Positions 1 through 9,363 of a stretch of DNA of 50,544 bases are shown in pieces; the first letter of the stretch is position 1, and each line of letters opens with the position of its first letter. Source of the stretch: Candidatus Bathyarchaeia archaeon (GTDB taxonomy: Archaea > Halobacteriota > Syntropharchaeia > Alkanophagales > Methanospirareceae); NCBI GenBank assembly GCA_035529655.1, contig DATKWH010000131.1, positions 1-50,544 on the forward strand, in the 5' to 3' direction. The notes under the pieces are model-generated. The model had not been told where the DNA came from and searched no databases. It saw nothing but the letters and a program-made list of their open reading frames with translations. Made by a program: the position numbers and the translations under genes.

Positions 1-357
1 CATACCCTCCACAACCTGGCTAAGTACGCTGGAAAATCCTTTAAAACTCTCCCCTACTTCTATCTGCTCATCTGGCGAGAGCTTCGCGGGATCTTTATCC
101 TCGAGCACTTTCCACTTCGCCAGGAGTGCCGAGGCTTTATCCCACAATTCCTGATTGCCCTCCATTATCTGGAACAAGTCGCGATTCTCCGGTTTGAAGA
201 GCTTTTTCATGAGTATATCTAAACCGATCAGCTCTTTCTCCAGTGTCGCAAGCGTCCCCATCATTATGAGCATATCTCCGAAGTTCTCCAACCCGGTTGC
301 TAACTCCTTCAATTCTTCGTTCGAAAGTTTCTGATTCTTTATTTCAGTATCTGTCAT
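1..357 (-). CDS. hypothetical protein, 5' part only (gene runs off the left window edge)
   Basis: Minus-strand frame open from ATG at 355-357 to position 1 (MTDTEIKNQKLSNEELKELATGLENFGDML...). Absent from the ORF track because there is no stop in the window. No family recognised. Confidence 0.35.
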   Translation of the reverse strand, partial: MTDTEIKNQKLSNEELKELATGLENFGDMLIMMGTLATLEKELIGLDILMKKLFKPENRDLFQIMEGNQELWDKASALLAKWKVLEDKDPAKLSPDEQIEVGESFKGFSSVLSQVVEGM

Positions 358-410
358 TGTTCGTCATCCCGTGCTTTCATCTAAGGTTTTGAAGGACTTG
401 TGCCTGAACT

Positions 411-1127
411 TCACTCTGAAACTTTCCTTCGCAACTCGGTCACCAACTCCGCTCTTACCTGAGCATTTCTGTCGCCACCGCAGACCATGCCTCTCACACC
501 GAGTATATCAGGGTTTATCTCCTTTATCACAGGAAGATCATCAAATGTGAGCGAGCCTGCGAGTGCGGTATCCAATCCAAGCGCCTTTGATTCCGAAACA
601 AATGTCTTAAGCTCCTCTTCGCTGAGGAACTCCAATGTTGACCGCCCATCTTTTATGCCTGTGTCCACCATAGCCACATCTATATCCACTTCTTTCCCGA
701 TCTCGGTGATTTCAAACGGTGAGATCGAATTTATTCGTTTATAATCAGAATAGAAAGCAGAAACCACTTTCTTTGTGGGATCAAAGCCCTTCACTGCTTT
801 AACCACGCCGCTCAGCAGATCTATCGCCTCTTGTCTTGTTTTTATCTTGAGCAACCCGATTTTTATGTAATCTGCACCGACTGAAGCAGCACCTAACGCG
901 GCTAATGACGCAGTTCCGGGCTTATAATCAAAATCTCCGATTGCCGCGCTCATTTCCATGCCGTTTACGCCCTCCTTTTCCACCAATTCTTTTATTGCTC
1001 TTATGACCCACGGGAAATTAGCGCCTAAAGAGCCCTCTTTTGGATTCTTCACGTCTACAATATCAGCATTCCCACGAATTACCGCCTTCGCTTCCTCCAC
1101 ATCCTTTGGGCTTACCAACAATTTCAT
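411..1127 (-). CDS. mfnB: (5-formylfuran-3-yl)methyl phosphate synthase, methanofuran biosynthesis (MfnB/DUF556 family)
   Basis: 238 aa, colinear with remembered M. jannaschii MfnB: LLVSPxDVEEAK, DVKNPKEGSLGANFPW, GADYIKxGL, DVAMVDT..KDG, LAGS, GVRG..CGGDRN. Confidence 0.8.
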   Translation of the reverse strand: MKLLVSPKDVEEAKAVIRGNADIVDVKNPKEGSLGANFPWVIRAIKELVEKEGVNGMEMSAAIGDFDYKPGTASLAALGAASVGADYIKIGLLKIKTRQEAIDLLSGVVKAVKGFDPTKKVVSAFYSDYKRINSISPFEITEIGKEVDIDVAMVDTGIKDGRSTLEFLSEEELKTFVSESKALGLDTALAGSLTFDDLPVIKEINPDILGVRGMVCGGDRNAQVRAELVTELRRKVSE

Positions 1128-1151
1128 TTTTCTCCAGCCTCTTCCTTATGT

Positions 1152-1841
1152 TTACTCTCTCTTTAATATCTTAACCCCTTTATCATTTCCCACATGTACC
1201 TCAGTAGCATTTGTAAATATCCCATGCTCGACAGAACCGACAACAGAAGAAAGTGCAACGCTCATCTCTTTTGGATCTTTTATAACGCCAAAATCCGCAT
1301 CTATTATTAGATTGCCATGCTCCGTTACAAAATAGCCCCCCCTACTTCCATCAGTCCTTAAAACATGCGTGCCACCAAGCTCTTCCACCTGTTTCTCTAC
1401 TATTTTTGTAGCGTAGGGCAGAACTTCTAAAGGCACCGGTTTATTGAGCAGCTTTACCACCTTCTCTTCTTCAACACAGATAACCAGTTTTTTCGCTGCA
1501 TACGACACTATTTTCTCCCTTGTATGCAAGCCCCACCCGCCTTTAATCAGATTGAGTTGAGAATCAACCTGATCTGCACCATCTATGCAGATATCCAAAG
1601 AGGAATGCTCGGAAAGCGTGGTAAGTGGAATTCCATAATCTATTGCTATCATTTCTGTTCTAAGCGAGGTGGGAACGCCCAAAATCTCAAGCTCTTCATC
1701 CTTTATCCTCCTGCCTATCCTTCTTATCGCAAGTTCTGCCGTAGAGCCCGTGCCAAGACCGACTACCATGCCGCCTTTTATTAAAGAAGCTGCGGATTCT
1801 GCTGCCTTTTCCTTTTTCCTCACCTTTTCATCCTCGCCCAT
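1152..1841 (-). CDS. rpiA: ribose-5-phosphate isomerase A
   Basis: 229 aa; GLGTGST, DGADQVD and KGGWG..TREK motifs typical of RpiA. Confidence 0.9.
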   Translation of the reverse strand: MGEDEKVRKKEKAAESAASLIKGGMVVGLGTGSTAELAIRRIGRRIKDEELEILGVPTSLRTEMIAIDYGIPLTTLSEHSSLDICIDGADQVDSQLNLIKGGWGLHTREKIVSYAAKKLVICVEEEKVVKLLNKPVPLEVLPYATKIVEKQVEELGGTHVLRTDGSRGGYFVTEHGNLIIDADFGVIKDPKEMSVALSSVVGSVEHGIFTNATEVHVGNDKGVKILKRE

Positions 1842-1931
1842 AGTTCTAATGAGGTGCTTTTTTATTTTTAAATAAGAACTTTTCGCTTTTTCCGGTAGTT
1901 ATTTCCCCGCTGAGAGAAAGATATTAAGGCG

Positions 1932-3428
1932 ATGAGGTCTAATGATATAACAGTAATGCGGGGAAATAGCGTGGAATGGACAGAGAGATACCGCCCAAAA
2001 AGGTTGAGAGAGGTTGTTGGTAACGAGAAAGCAATAGAAGAGTTGACCGAGTGGGCTGAGGAAGTTTTAGAAGCGAAGTCGAAGAAAGCTGCTATTCTCC
2101 ACGGACCTGCCGGCTGTGGCAAAACGTCAGCAGCGTATGCTCTTGCGGCTGAGAAAGGGTGGGAGGTTATAGAGTTAAACGCATCGGATCAGAGAAGTGC
2201 GGGCGTAATAAAAAGCATAGTTGGACCTGCTTCGACGAGCAATACGTTCAGTCAAACGACGAGATTGATCATTCTGGACGAGGCGGACAACCTGCATGGC
2301 AACGAAGACCGCGGAGGAATGAAAGCGATCACCGAGATAGTGAAAAAGAGTACACAGCCGATAATCCTCACGGCAAACGATAAATACCGGATGGGGCAAG
2401 GTTTACAGAGATATTGTAAGACAATTGAGTTCAAACGATTAGAAGAGCGGATTATTTTTAGCGCACTCAGAAAAATAAGTCGTTCCGAGGTAATAGAAAT
2501 AGAAAATACAGCACTGCACGCTTTGATAGATAATGCGCATGGCGATTTGCGGTCTGCGATAAACGACTTGCAGGCTATTTCAGTGTCAGAATCGAAGTTG
2601 GAGAGGATCCGCGAAGCTGACATAGCGACAGGATGGCGAGACGTTGAAGAGGACATTTTCGGGGTATTGAGGATAATGTTCGGTGCAGAGGGCTACGAGC
2701 TGCAAAGCGTGCTTTCCGCTCTTTACAGTCTTGATAAGACACCAGAGGAGAGTATCCAATGGGTCTATAAGAATTTTTCGTATGAGTATGATGACGAAAG
2801 CTTTTTGCACGGGTTGCATTATCTGAGCAGGTCGGATATGTTCTTAGGGCGCGTGCGACAGCGAGAGAATTACAAGTTCTGGCGCTATGCATCGAGTTTG
2901 ATGGCGTGTGGCGTGCTTTCGGCAAAAGAGATGCAGGAGGGTAAAAGAGAAGGCTGGAAAGGACGCAAACAAAGATATTTTCGCTCGCCGTGGCAGCGAG
3001 TTCGATTGCAAGAGGGAGAAGCGCGGAAATCGGGTCCGGTACAGGAAGAGATAGCGAAGAAGATAGCAACTCACTGCAAAATACCACGGAGCTATGCGCT
3101 CTTTTTTGTAGTTCCTTTTTTGCCGATTTTCTTTGAGGACGAAGGAAAAGCAGCGGAGATAACGGCATCGCTGCGACTGGATGTTCCCCAGATAGCGTTT
3201 CTACTGGGTGATACGGATAAAGAAAAAGCGAAACGGATATACCAGGATGCGTTTGCGAGAGCAGCGGAAAGAGGGGAGGAACGGGTGACAGAAGCTGAGA
3301 GTAAAATTAAAGTTGAAGTTAGAGATGAGAAACAAGTGAAAACGAGGAAAACTGAGATAGAAGAAAAAGGCGTGGAAGGAGAGGAAGAAGAAACAAAAAA
3401 TCAAAAGACGTTGACGGATTTCTTTTAG
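1932..3428 (+). CDS. rfcL: replication factor C large subunit
   Basis: 498 aa; WTERYRPKRL N-terminus, Walker A GPAGCGKTS, LNASDQR, Walker B ILDEADN, charged C-terminal tail ending in a PIP-box-like QKTLTDFF. True start may be the internal MRGNS Met. Confidence 0.9.
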   Translation: MRSNDITVMRGNSVEWTERYRPKRLREVVGNEKAIEELTEWAEEVLEAKSKKAAILHGPAGCGKTSAAYALAAEKGWEVIELNASDQRSAGVIKSIVGPASTSNTFSQTTRLIILDEADNLHGNEDRGGMKAITEIVKKSTQPIILTANDKYRMGQGLQRYCKTIEFKRLEERIIFSALRKISRSEVIEIENTALHALIDNAHGDLRSAINDLQAISVSESKLERIREADIATGWRDVEEDIFGVLRIMFGAEGYELQSVLSALYSLDKTPEESIQWVYKNFSYEYDDESFLHGLHYLSRSDMFLGRVRQRENYKFWRYASSLMACGVLSAKEMQEGKREGWKGRKQRYFRSPWQRVRLQEGEARKSGPVQEEIAKKIATHCKIPRSYALFFVVPFLPIFFEDEGKAAEITASLRLDVPQIAFLLGDTDKEKAKRIYQDAFARAAERGEERVTEAESKIKVEVRDEKQVKTRKTEIEEKGVEGEEEETKNQKTLTDFF

Positions 3429-3433
3429 GATTG

Positions 3434-3633
3434 TCAAACCAAAAACAACTTCTAAAAACCCTTTGATTCGGTTATTCTATTTCTTCTTCTCTGTTTGCAT
3501 GTATAACCTCTGGGTAATCGTGAATATGATGTTGAGTATCGTGTTAGGGATGATATCCGACAAACCGTTGGTAACGGCAAAATGGCTTCTTGTTGTTCTT
3601 CAGCTGACTCTGATGGAGAAGGGGCCGCCGTAA
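3434..3633 (+). mobile_element. remnant of the 3' end of an IS transposase gene (dead fragment)
   Basis: Nucleotide and protein similarity to the reverse complement of 17957-18155: ...VYNLWVIVNMMLSIVLGMISDKPLVTAKWLLVVLQLTLMEKGPP* versus ...MYNLWVIANMILSIVLGMISDKPLVTAKRLIVILQMSMAEKPPP*. In-frame stop upstream. Begins 6 nt after the rfcL stop. Confidence 0.8.
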
Positions 3634-3997
3634 GAAATGGTTAAGCAATGGTTGTAGAAGATTCAATCTCACATATATAGCTAAGAACCAAACTTTTAGG
3701 ATAAACATCTCTACCAAAAGAAGCAAAATATTTCTCTTTCTATGTGCTATTTTCTCTTTTTTAACTGTGCACCGGCACATAATTTCTAAATTTAACTAAA
3801 TATGAGAACCCTCTCAAAGCTCAAATCTTCCACCTTCTTCTTTCTCCTGCCGCTGCGCCATCCGCTTTCTTTTACGCGGTCCAAAAATTGAGTATTTCGT
3901 TTAGAAGTGAAGGTACTAACCTAAAATCACTTCTCGGCGCTCCAATCGGTTTAAAAAAGCGAAAGTAAGGAGCAATTGGTTCAGAAAAAGATAGAAG

Positions 3998-4007
3998 CTT
4001 TTATATA
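3998..4007 (+). promoter_or_regulatory. candidate archaeal TATA box for the Panacea-HicB gene
   Basis: CTTTTATATA about 27-30 nt upstream of ATG 4034, consistent with a leaderless or short-leader archaeal transcript. Confidence 0.35.
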
Positions 4008-4033
4008 CTCATTCATCCCTCTAATTATTAGGG

Positions 4034-4744
4034 ATGAAAGTCGTTAAAGATGCTTTTCCGGAGTTTTGGGAAGAACGCCCAAAATTTTCCGAAAAGGTTA
4101 AAGATATCATTATTTATCTCACTTTTTCAATGAAGTGCTTACCTCTTGTTCGACTTACAAAATTGATATACATATCGGAATTTTATTCCGGGCTTCGGGA
4201 AAAAAGGAGAATGACAGACATTAAATTTTTTAAATATTATTATGGCCCATGGAGTTTTGACATTGAGTATACTGGCACTGTGATAGCAGGAGAAGAAATA
4301 TTAATGGTAGAAAAAGAAACAAAGGAAGGCTATCAAGGCGTTTTTTTTGAACCTAATCTTGAACAACCTCCTACCATTTGTCCTTCTCTTTCTAACGAAG
4401 AATTCGAGATACTAACAGATGTTGTAAATGATTGGAAATATATGCCTAATACAGTTCTACTAAAGTTATGTAAATCTACACCACTATTCTTAGAAGCAAA
4501 ATTTGGAGAAAGATTAAAAATCGAAAAAATTCTTAAAGAAAAAAACCCGCATGTCTTAGGTTACGAAATTCTTGTTACAAAAGAGGAAGAAAGTTGCTAT
4601 TTTGTGGAATGCCCATCTCTACCTGGATGTGTATCTCAGGGTAAAACAGAAGAAAAAGCGATTGAAAATATAAAGGATGCAATAATAGCTTATATTGAAT
4701 GTGTAACTAATTGTGAGCAAAAAAATGCCAAAATTACCGCGTAA
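4034..4744 (+). CDS. fusion protein: N-terminal Panacea (SocA-like/DUF4065) antitoxin-type domain + C-terminal HicB-like (UPF0150) domain
   Basis: 236 aa. N-terminus LTKLIYISEF...FFKYYYGPWSFDIEY resembles the Panacea core (KLxKLlY...yGPv). C-terminus YEILVTKEEESCYFVECPSLPGCVSQGKTEEKAIENIKDAIIAYIE is a textbook HicB N-domain signature. Confidence 0.6.
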   Translation: MKVVKDAFPEFWEERPKFSEKVKDIIIYLTFSMKCLPLVRLTKLIYISEFYSGLREKRRMTDIKFFKYYYGPWSFDIEYTGTVIAGEEILMVEKETKEGYQGVFFEPNLEQPPTICPSLSNEEFEILTDVVNDWKYMPNTVLLKLCKSTPLFLEAKFGERLKIEKILKEKNPHVLGYEILVTKEEESCYFVECPSLPGCVSQGKTEEKAIENIKDAIIAYIECVTNCEQKNAKITA

Positions 4745-4967
4745 AACATCCGCACAAAAACTTATTAATCTCATCTCAAATGAAGGTTGGCTTCACTCCA
4801 CAACCAAAGGTAGAGAATGTACATTTATCAAAGGTTACGAACCACAATCTATTATAATGGTCACATTAACGAATGAGATTAGCGTCGGAGTATTAAATAA
4901 GGCTATAAAAACAAAGGCTTTGATTACAGGCAAATCGAGAGATGAGATTGTCAAAGAATTGAAATAA
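4725..4967 (+). CDS. HicA-like small protein (YcfA/HicA fold), catalytic His not evident
   Basis: MPKLPRKTSAQKLINLISNEGW...TKGRECTF...TLTNEISVGVLNKAIK...GKSRDEIVKEL is colinear with HicA (MPKLP..sgkev.k.L...Gf...kGSH...). The GSH position reads GRE. ATG 4725 overlaps the upstream gene by 20 nt; the ORF track starts at GTG 4713. Confidence 0.55.
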   Translation: MPKLPRKTSAQKLINLISNEGWLHSTTKGRECTFIKGYEPQSIIMVTLTNEISVGVLNKAIKTKALITGKSRDEIVKELK

Positions 4968-5258
4968 TAGATTCTTTTTTAGGTGCTTTAAATCTTCGTT
5001 TGTTCTGAATTCAGAACAACCGATTAAGGAAAAGGAAAAGAGCGAAAGCTTAGAAATGGCTGAATAAACAATTAAAACGCTTCTTTTATTAAAAAAACTT
5101 CGCGCTACAACAAATTAAAGTAAGCCCTGCACCGATAACCATAATATAGCACCAATTATTTCAACCCATATTTATAACTTGATCTTTCTTAATGTTTCTC
5201 ATCAAACTTAAAACTTCCCTAGAGAATTAATTTTTAAAATAAAGTTTTCTCAGCGCTT

Positions 5259-5302
5259 ATCTACTTTCGGAGCTACTGTATACAGTACATCCGAAAGTAG
5301 AT
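5259..5302. repeat. near-perfect 44-bp palindrome (ATCTACTTTCGGA gc TACTGTATACAGTA ca TCCGAAAGTAGAT)
   Basis: Read directly: 13-nt arms plus a perfect 14-nt central palindrome. 23 nt of it (5262-5284) recur at 23223-23245 with one mismatch. Confidence 0.85.
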
Positions 5303-5743
5303 AGATGTCCTTAGACCCGTAATAGTAAAACGGATGCCTCAAAAGCTTTTTCTACATTTAAGGCCATATAGTTTTGCTAATATGGAAATTGTTGACAGAG
5401 TGGGGCTTCGTTTCTTCACTGTTCAGCCTTATTGTTTTTTCGATTAATGGTTTGGGGATAAATTTCTTGTAAAGTATATGACGGGAAGATTCTATCTCAT
5501 TCACATGCGATGATTTCATAGACTCTCAGTTGACTATAGCGGACATGCTGTGTCAATTCAAAGTTGTACCCTTGAAAAATTGTATTAAAAGATTTCGGGC
5601 GCGAAATTAGTGGTAAAAAGTATGAAAAGAAGCCCATCTAAACCTTTTTCTATATTTTCCTCACTTTTCAGGTTCAGCAATTTGGAAGGGAAAAGAGATC
5701 TTAGTAATATTATGAGACATGGCGAAAAGCCACTATACATATT

Positions 5744-8700
5744 CTATTTCCGTAGAAATCCAATAAATTGTTCAAATGACTTTCCTTCTTCCCAAATCTT
5801 TTTGTGTATCTTGAACCGGATAGGCCCTCCACTTATCTCAATTTCAATATCACCTGCTTCAGTTATTATTTCTTGCTCTTGTTTGAGATTTTCTGCTTCA
5901 ATAACTTTATCTTGAATCTTTTTGCCAATATCTTCGACAAAGCATATATTGCTTTTTATATTATCCTCAGTCATCTCTAAACCCGTCAATTTAATAACAC
6001 AGAGAACATATTTGTCTGATTTATCCCTTGCTTCTTTTGCCTGGGTGAGAGTCATTCTTACAAAGTCTTGAGATGTTGCTTTCACTTCTATGTAAAAACA
6101 TAGTCTCTCTTCTCTTTTAATCTCAATTATAGTTTCCATGTCATCTTCTACAAAATCATACTCTATAACAAAGTCGCTCCCTACTCCAGTTCTTTCTACT
6201 TTAAAGCCTTCGTTTTCAAGCACAGTTTTAAGAAGATTCTCAATCAATGACCCCAAAGATTGATTTCTTCGAATTTGTTCTCTAATCCGAATTCGTTCTT
6301 CAATTTCACTTATGAATAATTCTTTCTCATTCTCTGCTAATTGGGCAATTTTGCTTAAGTTACTTGGATTTGCCATAAATGTGCCAAATAATGAGCTCAT
6401 TGCCTTCTCCAGTTCTAACTTGGTTTTCTCATCTTTTGCAACAATGCACATCGTAAGTTCGCCAATACCTACATTAAGTTTATTCAAAAATCTTGATGGA
6501 TTATCTTCCCTACAATTCTGTAGCAACTCTTCATGGTCCTCAAGAAGTAAGGCTAAATAGTGGGCATTAGGTTTTTCACTTTTATTTTTGTGTACAGGAA
6601 CCCATGACCGATTTTTAAGCGTGGCTAACCAAAACGCAGGATATATTTTATGTTTTGTGCCACATTCGCAGTTAACCTCTAGAGGAGAATTCCACTGGGT
6701 ATCTACTTCAACTACATATTTTAAAAGAAAATCTAGAAACTTCCTAGCCTTATCTTTACTTTTTCTGATCGTAGCAATAATACCTTTGTCTTGTGTCTCA
6801 AGGAAAGCTATCTTACTTACTACAACATCGTCTGCTGCTTCATGTTCTTTTTCCTCTTCCAATTCTTCAGAAGGCAATAAAAGAGATTCCAAAACCTCTT
6901 GAGATAGCTTTTCTTCATCTTTATATAGCGGGTTAGTTAAAATTAGTCCTTCGTCACCAAGTTTATCCCATTTCTCTTTTTGTGCGATTTCTTCATAATA
7001 TAAGGAAGAAAATATAAAATCTTGAGGGAAAAGACTATCGTAATCTCTTGCAATTTCATTCCAAACATTTTTAGGTGCAAGAAGTTTTTCTTTGTTTTCT
7101 TTACCTAACCAAGCAAATATATTATCTTTCGAGGAAAGGATGGGGTATCCTTCAAAATATTCAATGTTATCATGTTCTAATAACCACTTAAACAATTCCA
7201 TATTGGCTTGGAGATACTGATCACCTTCTGGCTGGGGTTGCCGTTTAATTTTACTTACCACTTCATTCAAAACTTCATCTTGTTTTTTTGTTGGTAGTAA
7301 ATTTTGGATGCTCTCGGAGATCCTTGAATGAAGCAACAAATTGCGAGTATCCTCTTCTAATTTATTAGAAATATCTTTGAGTTTTTCATCAATTCCGTCA
7401 TCCCTAAGCAATTCTGGCTTTTTCTTAAATGTTCCATTCTGATTGGGTAAAATATTTTTACTATCAAACAACCCCTCCCTTTCTACTTCAAGTAAAATTT
7501 CATAAAAAGCGTTAAGCGTATTTAATTCGTCTGCATCCGCAGCCAACTTAGTTTTAAAACTTTGGAGGTCTTTACAACGCTCTATTTCTTCTGCTAGTTT
7601 TTCGATCGTAATTTCGCTATCTGTTAAATTTAATCCCAACGATTTCCATGCACCGAATATTTCTACCCATTCGATGGCAAGTGCCTTTGCTGGCATCTTA
7701 TCTTTATAGATTAAAAATTGGTGACACAAATCCCATAATTTTTCTATTTCTTCCTTTTCTCCACTCTCTATAATCGGTATGATACCTTCATTAGGAGATA
7801 TGAAATCCCCATTCTCTGTCTTAAAAACTTCTACATCCATAATTTCATTAATAAGGTTCTTTAGTAGATCTCTATATCCATCTTTATCAAGCCACTCTTT
7901 AATTGGAGGATCGCCTAAATTTAGTAGAATGTGAGGATTTTCCCATCCATTAAAGCATGTATTTGAGATTAGTTTGATAAACAGTTCGCTGGCATTTTCC
8001 AAAAAGCTTCTATTCCTGTTAATTTCATCGGTATTTTCTTTACCTAGGAAGATTCCATCTCTTCTTTCTGTTGGCTCAAACCTTCTGCTATTAACCACTA
8101 CAGGGAAAGGTAAATCCTGAGTCCCAAAAAGGGGAAAAGCAAGAAAAATTTTTGGGACATCTCGTAAACTCTCTATTCGATAAGTTCCATCATCTTGCTT
8201 TTTCCTTTTTACAGCAATATCTACATCATCCCTTAGTATCAATAATTCATGATTTTCTGGTGGTTTTTCTCCACCCTCTTCTTTTACTATTTTATGCATG
8301 CCATCAGGTTCGTTGTTTCCCTTAACTAATTCAAATTTCAACTTACGACTTTGATCCGTAATCTCGATAATTCCTAATTTATCGTTAAAAGCAAGGACAA
8401 AAGGAGCAATTTTAGTTAGCGCTTCAATTCCTTCTTCGGCAGTTTTTAGAGAGATGTCATTTAATGAGTACTCGTACTCGGCGGTGTAAGGCAGATTCCC
8501 TTTAATGGTTACCAATGATTTTTGATATTTTGTCCATGTGTCTTCCATAAGTTTTTTGATATCATCAGAAGATGTTCCATCTCTATCTATTCTGAAGTCA
8601 AATTTTTTCCCATCTGTTCTAACTCCTCTAACGTTTACTTTCTTTGATAAAAGGTGTGTTACAAGAAAACCTGTTCCGAATTTACCAATATCCTGCTCTT

Positions 8701-8979
8701 TTTTTGTGAACCGTGAAAGATAAGGTGCGCAACCTCCTCAGATTTAAACGGAAGGCCGTTATGTTTGAAGATTAGTTTTTTCTCATCTTTGATAATTTTT
8801 ACTTCTATTGTCCGATCATGGGAGGCGGCGTCTAAAGCATTTTGTAGGAGTTCCCATATCCAGCGTTTCTCATAAATCTCCCGCTTATTTTCAACTTCTT
8901 TTAAGTAGTTGAATATACCTTGAGCTGTATTATCGATTAGTGCTTCGTTCTTTATTCTCTCTTCTTCTTCCGCACTCAT
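5744..8979 (-). CDS. GHKL (sacsin/HATPase_c_3-like) ATPase with C-terminal DUF3883-type PD-(D/E)xK nuclease-like domain; reading frame interrupted, needs a -1 shift at 8698-8704
   Basis: ORF 8979-8659 carries Bergerat motif I (WELLQNALDA) and HNGLPF, then ends 13 codons after an A7 run. The -1 frame continues without stops: EQDIGKFGTGFLV (G2 box) into ORF 8548-5744. C-terminus: GVGSDFVIEYD...IIEIKREERLCFYIEVKATSQDFVRMTLTQAKEA...KYVLCVI (DUF3883-like D..E.K). About 1078 aa if joined. Confidence 0.65.
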
Positions 8980-9097
8980 AACATTACCACGAGCCCGTCC
9001 AGATATGTCTGTATTCTTCTTTGGCTACTACATTAACTTACTTTACATCAGTATTTAAACCTTTAGCAGAATATCTTTGGAATATTCTTTATCCATT

Positions 9098-9172
9098 TCA
9101 TGGCGGCCCCTTCTCCATCATACCCATCTGAAGAAGAACGATTAGCATTTTCGCCGTTATCCGCGGTTTATC
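9098..9172 (-). mobile_element. short remnant of IS transposase 3' end
   Basis: TCATGGCGGCCCCTTCTCCATCATACCCATCTGAAGAAGAACGATTAGCATTTTCGCCGTTATCC aligns (~75% by eye) with 17957-18030. Confidence 0.7.
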
Positions 9173-9363
9173 TACATTAAAATCCTTCATAGTGGTATCC
9201 TCTTAGATCTTTTACCCAGCGGCTTATAGCCGACCTTATCGTGTTGGTAATATTCAACATATCGAATTCATTCTCCATAATATTCACCAACTTCATCAGG
9301 TTTTATAAAATCACACCAAATGCACCCCATAATATCATCTTAAGAAAAGGGAGTGGATCCTAT

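Noticed and set aside
2159-3437. Multiple 74-197-aa ORFs on both strands within rfcL
   Set aside because: All overlap the well-supported RFC large-subunit frame and show no motifs.
5320-5520. Short minus-strand ORF (~55 aa, MKSSHVNEIESSRHILYKKF...) in the 776-bp spacer downstream of the GHKL gene
   Set aside because: It is below any reasonable length threshold, with no motif and no visible TATA box. It may be a remnant of something, but this cannot be supported.
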